51,482 nucleotides of DNA, taken from sequence record DRR723986_9379; one strand, given 5' to 3'. Shown here one piece after another: positions 26,141 to 36,481 of the stretch. Each line of letters begins with the position of its first letter. The first letter of the stretch is position 1. Below the pieces are notes generated by a model. That model saw only the letters and a program-made list of their open reading frames with translations. It ran no database searches and was not told the DNA's origin. Made by a program: the position numbers and the translations under genes.

Positions 26141-29086
26141 ATGAGTTCAAGCCTACCTAACCTATTGCCGTTGCTTCAAGATCTTTCTGCCCAGATGGAA
26201 GGTACATTGCAAGTTGATTCTTTAACCAAGACCCTTTATGCCACCGACGCCTCCGTTTATCGGGAGATGCCTTTGGCAGTAGCTTTTCCAAAAAGCGAGT
26301 CAGATATAAAGAAGCTTATACTTTTTGCTTCCAAAAATGGCACTTCACTGATTCCTAGGACTGCAGGTACTTCACTTTCTGGGCAGTGTGTGGGAAATGG
26401 AATAGTGGTGGATGTATCGAAACATTTTACCAAAATTTTGGAATTGAACGTGGCCGAGCGCTGGGTTCGAGTGCAACCCGGAGTGGTACGTGATGAGCTC
26501 AATCGCTATTTAAAGCCTCACGGTCTTTTCTTTAGTCCGATTACATCTACTGCTAGCCGGGCGATGATAGGTGGAATGGTGGGGAATAACTCTTCAGGTA
26601 CAACCTCTATTGTATATGGAGTGACAAGAGATAAAGTCATTTCCTTAGATACGATTTTGAGTGATGGAAATCCGGTGAAGTTTGAGGCGCTTACAAAGGA
26701 TGAGTTTGAAGAAAAAACTAAGTTGCCATCACTGGAAGGGGATATTTATAGAAAAGTATTGGAGGAATTAAGTGATGAAGAAGCTCGACAAGAGATTCAT
26801 GCACAATTCCCTAAACAATCTATTCATCGTAGAAATACTGGCTATGCAGTAGATGAATTACTGAAAGCTGAGATTTTTGAAGGGGAGGAAAAGTTTAATT
26901 TCTGTAAACTTTTGAGTGGTTCTGAGGGGACTTTGGCTTTCACAACGGAGATTAAAATCAGCCTTGATCCACTTCCGGAACCGGTGGAAATCGTCGTAGC
27001 TGCGCATTTCGCGACTATCCACGAAAGTATGGTTTCAGCCCAGACAGCCATGAAGCATCCTGCAACAGCTGTTGAGTTGATGGATAAAATCATTTTGGAC
27101 TGTACGAAAGAGAGTATAGAGTACAGCAAGAATCGGTATTTCGTAGAAGGAGATCCTGAGGCAATTTTGATGGTGGAGTTCCGCGGCCAAACGCTGGAGG
27201 AAGCTATGGCTAAAGGCAAAGCGCTGGTGGACGACCTGATAGCAACTGGACTTGGCTATGCGTATCCGATTATTGAGCCGGCGATGGTTTCTACCGCTTG
27301 GGCACTTCGCTCAGCAGGATTGGGGCTACTCGCAAATATTCCTGGCGATGCAAAGGCTGTAGCATGTATTGAAGATACTGCTGTGGATATCGAAGACCTA
27401 GCCAATTACATCGATGAGGTAGGAGCTATGATGGATGGGTTTAAGCAAAAGCCTGTTTATTATGCGCATGCAGGGGCTGGGGAGATACATTTGAGACCAA
27501 TTTTGGATTTGAAAAAGTCCAAGGATGTGGAAGAGTTTTACCAGATTTCCAAAGCTTCTGCTGAGTTGGTAAAAAAGTATCAAGGATCACTTTCCGGTGA
27601 GCACGGAGATGGTAGAGTACGAGCTGCTTTCATTCCGCTGATGGTGGGTGAAAAAAACTACCAACTTTTCCGTAGGATCAAATTCTCCTGGGATCCACAA
27701 AATATTTTCAATCCTGGGAAGATCGTGGATGCAGCTCCCATGAATAAATTTCTGCGTTATGAGCCGGATATGGAAACTCCTACTCATGATACCATCATGG
27801 ATTTCTCCAATGTTGGAGGGATTCTCCGCTTGGCAGAAAAATGTAATGGGTCTGGAGACTGTCGCAAACTCCCTGGCTCAGGAGGTACCATGTGTCCAAG
27901 CTATATGGCTACCCGAAATGAAAAAGACACTACGCGTGGTCGGGCCAATACTTTGCGCGAGTTTCTCACGATGGACAAAAAGGAAAATGCCTTTAACCAT
28001 CCTGAGATCAAAGAAGCGATGGATTTGTGTCTTTCCTGCAAAGGCTGTACGGCGGAATGTCCTTCGAATGTGGACATGTCTAGCATGAAAGCTGAATTCC
28101 TGTATCAATACCAAAAAGCTAATGGTATTCCGCTTCGGTCAAAAGCTTTTGCTTACATCAACGAGTTAAATGAGCTTGGCGCTAAAACTGGCGGTCTGGC
28201 AAATTTCATGTTGAGCAATAGTCTTACTGGAGGCATGATGAAGTCTGTTTTGGGCGTAGCCCCAAAAAGAAACCTGCCGGAGATCAGTAAGGTAAGCTTG
28301 CGAAAGTGGTATAAGAGGAACTATGACAATCTTCCAGCAGCTGCTAAGCAAATCAAATCCATATACTTCTTCGTGGATGAATTTACCAACCATAATGATA
28401 CAGAAATAGGAATCAAAGCCATTTCTCTGCTGAAAAAGCTAGGCTATGAGGTAAAAGTTGTAGATCATGAGGAAAGCGGAAGATCTGCTCTTTCTAAAGG
28501 TTTGCTCCCAAAAGCTAAGAAGCATGCTGAAGCGAACGTGGCAATTTTTGATAAACTGATTGATGGGAATACGCCTCTGATTGGGTTGGAGCCATCAGCT
28601 ATCTTAAGTTTCCGCGATGAATATCCTCGAATCGTTAAGAAAGAATTGGTGGAGGCAGCAAAGAAACTGAAGTTTCATGTGAAGCTGATCGATGAATTTT
28701 TGGCTCAAGAAATCGCTGCAGGAAACATTACATCAGATTTGTTTACAACTAAAACACAGAAAATAAAACTTCACGGACATTGTCACCAGAAGGCGCTTTC
28801 TTCCATGACTTGGACGCAGAAATTATTGTCTTTGCCTGCTAATTATTCTGTTGAAACTATCCCAAGCGGATGCTGTGGAATGGCAGGAAGCTTTGGTTAT
28901 GAAGCGGAGCACTATGAAGTTTCTCAGCAAGTGGGAGAGTTGGTGCTCTTTCCAGCGGTGAGAAAAGCAGAAGCAGAAACTATCATTGCAGCTCCTGGAA
29001 CCTCCTGCCGTCATCAGATCGCTGATGGGACAGGCAGAAAAGCCAAGCATCCTGTAGAGATTTTGTGGGAAGCGCTGAACAACTAA
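26141..29086 (+). CDS. FAD-binding and (Fe-S)-binding oxidoreductase (YdiJ / GlcD-GlcF fusion type)
   Basis: YATDASVY, GTSLSGQ, GSEGTL, SGEHGDG, CLSCKGCTAECP, HGHCHQ and CCGMAGSFG motifs. Likely start ATG 26141 (track start TTG 26135). Confidence 0.9.
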   Translation: MSSSLPNLLPLLQDLSAQMEGTLQVDSLTKTLYATDASVYREMPLAVAFPKSESDIKKLILFASKNGTSLIPRTAGTSLSGQCVGNGIVVDVSKHFTKILELNVAERWVRVQPGVVRDELNRYLKPHGLFFSPITSTASRAMIGGMVGNNSSGTTSIVYGVTRDKVISLDTILSDGNPVKFEALTKDEFEEKTKLPSLEGDIYRKVLEELSDEEARQEIHAQFPKQSIHRRNTGYAVDELLKAEIFEGEEKFNFCKLLSGSEGTLAFTTEIKISLDPLPEPVEIVVAAHFATIHESMVSAQTAMKHPATAVELMDKIILDCTKESIEYSKNRYFVEGDPEAILMVEFRGQTLEEAMAKGKALVDDLIATGLGYAYPIIEPAMVSTAWALRSAGLGLLANIPGDAKAVACIEDTAVDIEDLANYIDEVGAMMDGFKQKPVYYAHAGAGEIHLRPILDLKKSKDVEEFYQISKASAELVKKYQGSLSGEHGDGRVRAAFIPLMVGEKNYQLFRRIKFSWDPQNIFNPGKIVDAAPMNKFLRYEPDMETPTHDTIMDFSNVGGILRLAEKCNGSGDCRKLPGSGGTMCPSYMATRNEKDTTRGRANTLREFLTMDKKENAFNHPEIKEAMDLCLSCKGCTAECPSNVDMSSMKAEFLYQYQKANGIPLRSKAFAYINELNELGAKTGGLANFMLSNSLTGGMMKSVLGVAPKRNLPEISKVSLRKWYKRNYDNLPAAAKQIKSIYFFVDEFTNHNDTEIGIKAISLLKKLGYEVKVVDHEESGRSALSKGLLPKAKKHAEANVAIFDKLIDGNTPLIGLEPSAILSFRDEYPRIVKKELVEAAKKLKFHVKLIDEFLAQEIAAGNITSDLFTTKTQKIKLHGHCHQKALSSMTWTQKLLSLPANYSVETIPSGCCGMAGSFGYEAEHYEVSQQVGELVLFPAVRKAEAETIIAAPGTSCRHQIADGTGRKAKHPVEILWEALNN

Positions 29087-29114
29087 ATGAGATGATATTT
29101 TTATCCAAAAAACA

Positions 29115-30131
29115 ATGAAAGAAAAAACCCGATTAGTACAGCTAACCCACCCCGAAAAAGGAAGAAAAGTAGCTGTTGTTGCAGAACCTTTTCTGGTTTT
29201 GGTGGATGAAATTACTTCCATTTACCACTTAGCACTAAAAGCAATGGATTCTGAGGTTTCGATTCATCTCCTTTTGGATCAACAACTTTCAAATGAAAAG
29301 CTGGATTACGATAAAGTTTATTTTGGAACAAGCGATTGGAGGTTATTGCCGTCATTTGACAATCCAGATGTAGTTTCAAATTGTATGGTTTCTGGCACTG
29401 GGTTGACACACCACAGTAGCGCGATGAACCGAAATGTCATGCATCAGAGCGAAGCAGGAAATGCATTGACAGACAGCATGAAGGTTTATCAGTGGGGAGT
29501 AGATGGGGGGAAGCCTGTCGAAGGAGAAATTGGTATTCAGCCAGAATGGTTTTATAAAGGGACTGGGTCTATTCTAAAAGGACATGGTGAGGCATTGCAT
29601 GTTCCTGCTTTTGGAAACGATGGTGGTGAAGAACCGGAAATAGCTGGTGTTTATATTATAAATAGGAAAGGTCAACCAAAACGAATTGGGTTTACCACAG
29701 GTAATGAATTCTCAGATCATGTCATGGAAAAGAAGAATTACCTCTACCTGGCACCTTCTAAATTGCGTAATTGCTCTATCGGTCCAGAACTTGTTCTTAC
29801 TGATGATTTTTCCGATCTAAATGGAAATGTTAGCGTGTCGCGCGGAGAAGAAGTGCTATGGTCAGCCGACATAAAAACCGGTGAAAACAACATGGCGCAC
29901 AGCTTAGCTAACCTGGAATACCATCATTTTAAATATCCTGATCATCGACAGCCGCTACAAGGACACGTACATTTCTTCGGTACTGGAGCATTCAGTTTCG
30001 GGGCTGGAATAAGTTTAGAAAGTGGCGATCAGATGAAAGTGCAATGGGATGGAATGGGCCGTAGTCTTGTGAATTCGCTTAAAATCGCTGAAAATAAAGA
30101 ATCATTGGTTTCCGTAAATTCTATTCTCTGA
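29115..30131 (+). CDS. AraD1/GguC-family (fumarylacetoacetate hydrolase fold) protein
   Basis: SGTGLTH, QPEWFYKG, GGEEPEIAG, GNEFSDH and NLEYHHFKY motifs. Confidence 0.85.
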   Translation: MKEKTRLVQLTHPEKGRKVAVVAEPFLVLVDEITSIYHLALKAMDSEVSIHLLLDQQLSNEKLDYDKVYFGTSDWRLLPSFDNPDVVSNCMVSGTGLTHHSSAMNRNVMHQSEAGNALTDSMKVYQWGVDGGKPVEGEIGIQPEWFYKGTGSILKGHGEALHVPAFGNDGGEEPEIAGVYIINRKGQPKRIGFTTGNEFSDHVMEKKNYLYLAPSKLRNCSIGPELVLTDDFSDLNGNVSVSRGEEVLWSADIKTGENNMAHSLANLEYHHFKYPDHRQPLQGHVHFFGTGAFSFGAGISLESGDQMKVQWDGMGRSLVNSLKIAENKESLVSVNSIL

Positions 30132-30180
30132 GCAAGTCTAGCGTTTTTGTCTCCTGATGTGAATAAGGATTTGCCATCGC

Positions 30181-31362
30181 TTATTTCACTTGATACTTGA
30201 TAAGTATAGGGTCCTCAAAATCCTTTAGATCATTAATGATTTTCTCAAGCTTTTCTCCATATTTCCCAAGCATTCCACTCTCCAAGGCATGTATCCAATC
30301 ATCAGCTCGAAGTATGTCATAGAAATAGCCATCTTTTGCATCTCCTTTTCCATTTGACCAGCCTGCTAAAGATTGGAAAGCGGTTACCTGATTAGTTCTG
30401 TGATTGAGAAAAACCTCATGAATCGGGAAGGTTCTCATGTTGCCTAAATCCATATTCGGATTTTTTGCAAGCGCAAAGGTTTTAATTCTAGAAATGGAAT
30501 CCGTTTGCCATATTTTACCCATGTTGATTGCAAAAGGTTGATTAGCGACAGTAGCCTCTAGCTGAGCCCCGTCCATTTTCAAATCCTCTTCAGTGGGTTT
30601 TCTGTCCCCGAAATCCAAGCTGGCAAATGGAGTCACTTGCTCATTTTTATACTGATAAAGTGTGTCTGAGAAAGCAAAGTTGAGCAGAAATAAATTGCCA
30701 ATTTTTTCGAATTCTCCCTCTCCGATTTCAGATGTTATAGGAGTTGCTTTAATTGGAATGTCTGAAGTTTGGCCAGTAGAGCCATCCATGATTTTATAGA
30801 TGTTGAACTCTCCATTTTCATCTACATTTCCATTATACAACGGGGACGTTAGCCATTTGTCCTGAGAGATTTTGGTGAAATTAGGAATGAATAAAGCTTC
30901 TTTATCAAGTGAAATTGTTCTGATGTAATCAAAATCAGGAAAATGGTATTGCTTGATTTTTCCAGATCCAACTGTAATACTGAGCGTATCTTGGCTCAGG
31001 TCAACTCCTTGGATTACTTGATACTCCTCAGGGCCATTGCCATTTTTAGCCAGGGATTTTATGTAATTCCCTTTTAAGTCAAAGAGATGGACTTTAGCTT
31101 CTGGATTGCAAATGGTCGAATACACAAAATAGTTTTCGGTGACAATCAAATTCCAAACACTACAATTGAGGTTGACAGGTGATTCATTGTTGTTTTTCAG
31201 AGGAATAAACTCAATCGAAGAAATTACCTCATCAATTTTTGAAATGTTTTGCTCAGTAATGCTAAAATTGGTGAATCCAGATTCTTCTTCTGCAGGCTTA
31301 CAGTTGAAAAATAAAATGGAAAAAGTCAGAAGTATTAAAAAGCTGGTTCTTGATATTTTCAT
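30181..31362 (-). CDS. Putative lipoprotein, 6-bladed beta-propeller family
   Basis: Signal peptide ending FFNC followed by KPAEEES; LFDLKGNYIK and GNGPEEY motifs. Confidence 0.7.
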   Translation of the reverse strand: MKISRTSFLILLTFSILFFNCKPAEEESGFTNFSITEQNISKIDEVISSIEFIPLKNNNESPVNLNCSVWNLIVTENYFVYSTICNPEAKVHLFDLKGNYIKSLAKNGNGPEEYQVIQGVDLSQDTLSITVGSGKIKQYHFPDFDYIRTISLDKEALFIPNFTKISQDKWLTSPLYNGNVDENGEFNIYKIMDGSTGQTSDIPIKATPITSEIGEGEFEKIGNLFLLNFAFSDTLYQYKNEQVTPFASLDFGDRKPTEEDLKMDGAQLEATVANQPFAINMGKIWQTDSISRIKTFALAKNPNMDLGNMRTFPIHEVFLNHRTNQVTAFQSLAGWSNGKGDAKDGYFYDILRADDWIHALESGMLGKYGEKLEKIINDLKDFEDPILIKYQVK

Positions 31363-31393
31363 TGTGTGTTATATGGTTTTTTGAAATGCGAGG

Positions 31394-32359
31394 TCAAGAG
31401 CGAATAGCTAATACTTTGCGAGCAACATATTCAGCGCATCTTGCAGCCAATCTGGAAGTAGCCTGATCATGGTCAAAAGCTGGATTGAGCTCTACCACAT
31501 CCATAGAAATCAGCTTTTTCGAAGAAGCAAGTAACTCAAAAACTTTAAACGCAAACTCAGGTCTGAAACCCATAGGAGAAGGTGCCGAAACTCCTGGAGC
31601 AAACGCTGAAGAGAATCCATCCATATCTACGCTTAAGTAGATTTTGTCAACTGAGTCCAGAAACCAGAGGATTTTTTCTTGAATTACTTCCCAGTTATTC
31701 ATTCTAAAATCTTCCATTACCATCCATTTAGCGCCTATTCTTTCCGCAGTATTAAAAAGTGATTTTGGATTAACAGAGCGCTGCACACCTAAACATAAAT
31801 ACTGAAAGGAACCTGGGTTTTCTTCAGCTAATTGGAAAAAGGGAGAGCCAGAATGTCCTTTGCCCTCCAAAGTAGGACGAAGGTCAAAGTGCGCATCCAT
31901 ATTGATGATGCCTAGTTTCTGGTTTTTTGAAGCTAAATGCTGGAAAACACCTCTTCCGTGAGCCAAAGCCAAATCATGCCCTCCGCCCAGTAGAATGGGG
32001 AAATGCTTTGTTTCCAGTAGATTGAAGACGGTTTTAGTGATTAATTCATGGCTGGACTCCATATCCGAATCCTCGGTGTACACATCTCCATAATCGAAAA
32101 TCCTGCTCCGCTCTGGCAAGTGAAAAGCCAAGGTTCCAAGTCCTTTCCTGATGGCATTTGGCCCTTCAGCAGTACCTAGTCTTCCTTGATTTCTTTTGAC
32201 TCCCTCTTCACCTGCATAGCCTAAGATTCCTACTTTGGGAGTCAGCTGATCTTCATCTAATTTCAGGTCTTTTATTGCGATAGCGGCTTGATGCCAGTAC
32301 TCGATAGTTTCAGATTTTCTTCCCGACCAAAGCGATGGATTTGGATTTTGATGAAGCAT
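31394..32359 (-). CDS. hutG: Formimidoylglutamase (arginase family)
   Basis: GVKRNQGRLG, LGGGHD, DAHFDLR and SVDMDGF motifs; hut context. Confidence 0.92.
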   Translation of the reverse strand: MLHQNPNPSLWSGRKSETIEYWHQAAIAIKDLKLDEDQLTPKVGILGYAGEEGVKRNQGRLGTAEGPNAIRKGLGTLAFHLPERSRIFDYGDVYTEDSDMESSHELITKTVFNLLETKHFPILLGGGHDLALAHGRGVFQHLASKNQKLGIINMDAHFDLRPTLEGKGHSGSPFFQLAEENPGSFQYLCLGVQRSVNPKSLFNTAERIGAKWMVMEDFRMNNWEVIQEKILWFLDSVDKIYLSVDMDGFSSAFAPGVSAPSPMGFRPEFAFKVFELLASSKKLISMDVVELNPAFDHDQATSRLAARCAEYVARKVLAIRS

Positions 32360-32484
32360 ATGGATTTTGGATTATTTTCTAGTAACTTAAAAATGGTGTT
32401 TTGATAGTTTTAATACCATAAACAATGTATTCTGTTTTTAGGTAATATTCAAAAGTTTCGACTTAAAACCCAGTTCCTTTAGCC

Positions 32485-33105
32485 ATGAAAGAATATAGAA
32501 TTCCGCAGAAAGAAAAGATTAATTTGGATGTTTTTGAGGAGCCAAGCGGTTCCTTCGCAGGGTATTCCTATGCAGATTATCTCAAATGGGATTATGAGGA
32601 AATAGTCGAGTTGATCAAGGGCAAAATCTTTGCAAAGGCGGCTGCTCCCAATCGAAGGCATCAAGAAGTTTCAGGGAATATTTATTTAGCGATAGGGAAT
32701 TTTCTTAAAAACCATCGGTGCAAGGTTTATTCAGCACCTTTCGATGTGAGATTCTCTAAAGATCCTGATTTTTCAAAAACAGACTCGGTAGTCCAGCCGG
32801 ATATTTCTGTGATTTGTGATCTTAGCAAATTGGACGAAAAGGGCTGTTGGGGTGCTCCAGACTTGATTGTGGAAATTCTGTCTCCGGGAAATAGCCGGGT
32901 GGAAGTTCAGAATAAATATGAGCTATACGAGGAATATAGAGTTCGTGAATACTGGGTGGTTCATCCAACGGACTGTACAGTTTTGATCTATACCTTGATT
33001 GGAGGGAAATTCCAACCTTCCCGACTTTTCACCTCTGGAGATCAAATAAATTCGAGTGTGATTCCAGGATTTTCACTTGATCTCGAAGATGTTTTTGAGG
33101 GGTAA
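32485..33105 (+). CDS. Uma2-family PD-(D/E)XK endonuclease
   Basis: ELIKG, HQ, APFDV, VQPD, APDLIVEILSPG and EYWVV motifs. Confidence 0.9.
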   Translation: MKEYRIPQKEKINLDVFEEPSGSFAGYSYADYLKWDYEEIVELIKGKIFAKAAAPNRRHQEVSGNIYLAIGNFLKNHRCKVYSAPFDVRFSKDPDFSKTDSVVQPDISVICDLSKLDEKGCWGAPDLIVEILSPGNSRVEVQNKYELYEEYRVREYWVVHPTDCTVLIYTLIGGKFQPSRLFTSGDQINSSVIPGFSLDLEDVFEG

Positions 33106-33118
33106 TTAATGAGATTTT

Positions 33119-35119
33119 TTAGAGCAAATTCTTAAATACCTTCTCATCCACCAAATTTGGAATAGTCACTTTCAATTCTGGACTTCTATCCATTTCTCGC
33201 TGTATTGCTTCCAAAGACCCTGAATTTCTCGCCCAAGCGCGTCTAGCTATTCCATTATTCACGTCATAAAAAAGCATGGATTTGAGCTTTCTCTCAGCAT
33301 CTACCGACCCGTCTAGCACCATTCCAAAACCTCCGTTCATCACTTCTCCCCAGCCTACTCCGCCGCCATTGTGGATCGAAACCCAAGTTGCACCTCGGAA
33401 ACTGTCTCCGATCACATTATGAATGGCCATATCTGCGGTAAACTTGCTTCCATCGTAGATATTGCTTGTTTCACGGTAAGGTGAATCGGTCCCACTTACA
33501 TCATGATGATCTCGACCCAGTACAATCGGAGCAGAAATTTCTCCAGATAGAATTGCATCGTTGAATGCTTTCGCAATTTTTGCTCTTCCCTCAGCATCTG
33601 CATAAAGGATTCTCGCCTGTGAGCCAACTACTAATTTATTTTTCTCAGCCTCTTCTATCCAAGTTACATTGTCCTGCATTTGTTGCTGGATAGACGCTGG
33701 TGAATTTTGCATGATTTCCTTCAAAACTTGCGCAGCAATCTGATCTGATTTTCTTAAATCTTCTGCTTTACCAGATGTGCACACCCAGCGGAAAGGGCCA
33801 AAACCATAATCGAAACACATAGGTCCTAAAATATCCTGTACGTAGGAGGGATATTTGAAATCAATTCCATTCGCAGCCATTACCTCAGCTCCAGCCCGGG
33901 AAGCTTCCAGCAAAAAGGCATTTCCATAATCGAAAAAGTATGTTCCTTTTGCCACATGTTTGTTGATAGATTGAGCGTGTCGCCTCAGCGTTTCCTGCAC
34001 TTTTGCTTTGAATTTCTCAGGGTTTTGAGCCATTAGCTGATTGGATTCTTCGAATGATAACCCAGCTGGATAATAGCCGCCAGCCCAAGGGTTGTGAAGG
34101 GAAGTTTGGTCAGAGCCCAGTTCTATGAAAATATTTTCGGTATCAAATCGCTCCCATACATCGACGATATTACCTATGAATGCCAATGAAACAACTTCCA
34201 TATTTCGCTTCGCAAGTTGAGTTCGGAATACTAACTCATCCAGATTTACTATCAATTCATCTACCCAGCCTTGCTCATACCTTTTACGCGCGGCAGATGG
34301 ATTTACTTCCGCACATATCGTAATACAACCTGCAATATTCCCAGCTTTAGGTTGAGCTCCACTCATTCCTCCAAGGCCTGCGGTTAAGAATATTTTACCA
34401 GCCGGTTTTTCTCCATTTTTTAATTTCTTGCGAAATGCATTCATGACAGTAATAGTCGTGCCGTGCACTATCCCTTGGGGTCCTATGTACATAAACGATC
34501 CTGCTGTCATCTGTCCATATTGCGTCACTCCCAGTGCATTGAATTTCTCCCAATCGTCTGGTTTGGAATAATTTGGAATCATCATTCCGTTCGTAACTAC
34601 CACGCGTGGTGCTTTAGGAGAAGAGGGGAAAAGTCCCATTGGGTGACCGGAATAAATGTGCAGCGTTTGATTTTCTGTCATTTCAGACAAATACTTCATC
34701 ACCAATAGGTATTGTGCCCAGTTCTGGAAGACCGCTCCATTTCCACCATAAGTGATCAATTCCTCAGGATGCTGAGCAACAGCTGGATCCAAGTTGTTTT
34801 GGATCATCAACATGATCGCTGCTGCCTGCTGACATTTTGCAGGATATTCCTGAATCGGTCTTGCACGCATTTCGTATTCCGGCATAAAGCGATACATGTA
34901 AATTCGACCAAACCCCTTGAGCTCTGCTAAAAATTCACTTACCAATTCTGCATGCCATTCTTTAGGAAAATAGCGCAAGGCATTACTCAAAGCAAGTTTC
35001 TTCTCTTCTGTAGAAAGTATATCCTTGCGCTTAGGAGCATGGCTCAAACTTGTATTTCTAACTTTTCTTGGTGGAAGTTGAGAAGGGATGCCTTGGGATA
35101 TTTGCTCTTGGAAAACCAT
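33119..35119 (-). CDS. hutU: Urocanate hydratase (long form)
   Basis: NNLDPAVAQHP, YGQMTAGS, GLGGMSGAQ, SDQTSLHN and GRDHHDVSG motifs. Confidence 0.96.
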   Translation of the reverse strand: MVFQEQISQGIPSQLPPRKVRNTSLSHAPKRKDILSTEEKKLALSNALRYFPKEWHAELVSEFLAELKGFGRIYMYRFMPEYEMRARPIQEYPAKCQQAAAIMLMIQNNLDPAVAQHPEELITYGGNGAVFQNWAQYLLVMKYLSEMTENQTLHIYSGHPMGLFPSSPKAPRVVVTNGMMIPNYSKPDDWEKFNALGVTQYGQMTAGSFMYIGPQGIVHGTTITVMNAFRKKLKNGEKPAGKIFLTAGLGGMSGAQPKAGNIAGCITICAEVNPSAARKRYEQGWVDELIVNLDELVFRTQLAKRNMEVVSLAFIGNIVDVWERFDTENIFIELGSDQTSLHNPWAGGYYPAGLSFEESNQLMAQNPEKFKAKVQETLRRHAQSINKHVAKGTYFFDYGNAFLLEASRAGAEVMAANGIDFKYPSYVQDILGPMCFDYGFGPFRWVCTSGKAEDLRKSDQIAAQVLKEIMQNSPASIQQQMQDNVTWIEEAEKNKLVVGSQARILYADAEGRAKIAKAFNDAILSGEISAPIVLGRDHHDVSGTDSPYRETSNIYDGSKFTADMAIHNVIGDSFRGATWVSIHNGGGVGWGEVMNGGFGMVLDGSVDAERKLKSMLFYDVNNGIARRAWARNSGSLEAIQREMDRSPELKVTIPNLVDEKVFKNLL

Positions 35120-35124
35120 TATAA

Positions 35125-35252
35125 TTACGATTTATGATTTACGAATTACGAGATCAATTGGAACCTCAGTCTTAATTCAAGAAACTGAAGTCAAATGTTT
35201 AAAGTCTAAAATCTTTACTCTTGATTCTTATGTCTTAAGTCTAAAATCTTAT
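35125..35252. repeat. Two arrays of degenerate 7-bp repeats in the hutI-hutU spacer
   Basis: TTACGAT TTATGAT TTACGAA TTACGAG (35125-35152) and nine GTCTAAA/ATCTTAT-type units (35190-35252). Confidence 0.75.
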
Positions 35253-36481
35253 GTCTTCAACCCATTCTTCCACACTTGTGCAGGTTTTAGTTTCCCTTGC
35301 TGGTAAAGTATTTCTCTATAATCATGCGTTGCGTACAGATTGAAGTCAGCTAATAGTCCAGCTTTCAACTTACCTCGATCTTCTAATCCCAAAGCTGCTG
35401 CTGCTCGGAAAGTGAGAGCTGCTAGAACTTCTGCGGTGCTGAGTTTTTCGAAAGTTGCCAAGATGGAAGCCTGTGTTATCAGGTCACCCATTGGGGCAGA
35501 ACCCGGATTCCAGTCGCTGCCGATCGCCAAAGAACCTCCCTGATCTAGAATTTTTCTAGCTGGAGTAAATGCACAACCCAAGCCTATTGAAGCTCCAGGA
35601 AGTGCGACGGCGATCGTTTCGGATTTCGCCAGAATATCAATTTCTTTTTTGCCTGAAGCTTCTAGATGATCGGCTGATTTTGCACCAAATTTTGCTGCTA
35701 CTTCAGATCCGCCCGTCGTGAATTGATCGGCATGAACAGTAAGATCAAACCCTAAATCTTTTGCTTTTTGGTAATAGCTCACAATCTCATCAGGAGAGAA
35801 AGCGCTTTTTTCGATAAAGGAATCGATTCGATTTGTTAGATTTTCTGACTTGAGAATTGGGTATAGCTCTTCAGAAATCATTACCAGATACTCTTCATTT
35901 GTTCCCTCAAAATCTCTGGGTTTCATATGGGCAGCCAAACAAGTAGAAATTAAATCAGCCTTGGTTTCTGAATTTGCTTCTCGTATTGCTCGAAGCATTT
36001 TGAGTTCCTCGGCTACATTGAGTCCATAGCCACTTTTTACTTCAATTGTAGTTACGCCTTCGCTCAGATGTCGATTTGCATTTGCAGCGGTTCTTTCGGC
36101 TAGTTCTTTCTGATTGAGGTTTCTGGTTTGGGTGACAGTATCCCAGATTCCACCACCAGCTTCCGCAATTTCTAAATAGGATTTTCCAGCATTTCTCATT
36201 GCAAAATCCTGAGCCCGGCTACCTCCAAAACAAATATGCGTATGGCAATCTATCCAGCCTGGAAGGGCCACAAACTCACCGTCAAGCTCAATAAGCTCTA
36301 CATTTTTTGTCTTGGCCTGATCTAGTAAATGAGAATATTCCCCAACTTCAAGAATTTTTTCGTCTTCAATTAAAATTCCTACATTCTCGAGAATCATCAA
36401 TTGCTCGTCTTTCAAAGCCCCCTTTATGGGAAGATTGTCAAGTGTAAGTAATTGCGTAATTGGTCCTAGTAATTTGTGCAT
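35249..36481 (-). CDS. hutI: Imidazolonepropionase
   Basis: IDCHTH, EVKSGYGL, HADQF, SADHLE and SDWNPGS motifs. Confidence 0.96.
   Translation of the reverse strand: MHKLLGPITQLLTLDNLPIKGALKDEQLMILENVGILIEDEKILEVGEYSHLLDQAKTKNVELIELDGEFVALPGWIDCHTHICFGGSRAQDFAMRNAGKSYLEIAEAGGGIWDTVTQTRNLNQKELAERTAANANRHLSEGVTTIEVKSGYGLNVAEELKMLRAIREANSETKADLISTCLAAHMKPRDFEGTNEEYLVMISEELYPILKSENLTNRIDSFIEKSAFSPDEIVSYYQKAKDLGFDLTVHADQFTTGGSEVAAKFGAKSADHLEASGKKEIDILAKSETIAVALPGASIGLGCAFTPARKILDQGGSLAIGSDWNPGSAPMGDLITQASILATFEKLSTAEVLAALTFRAAAALGLEDRGKLKAGLLADFNLYATHDYREILYQQGKLKPAQVWKNGLKT

Noticed and set aside
26842-29221. Several 60-130 aa antisense or alternate-frame ORFs within the FAD oxidoreductase
   Set aside because: Shadow ORFs lying within or overlapping a well-supported gene.
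33119-35119. Unusually long (666 aa), eukaryote-like HutU as a sign of horizontal transfer
   Set aside because: The long form is common in Bacteroidota, so it is not evidence of anything unusual here.
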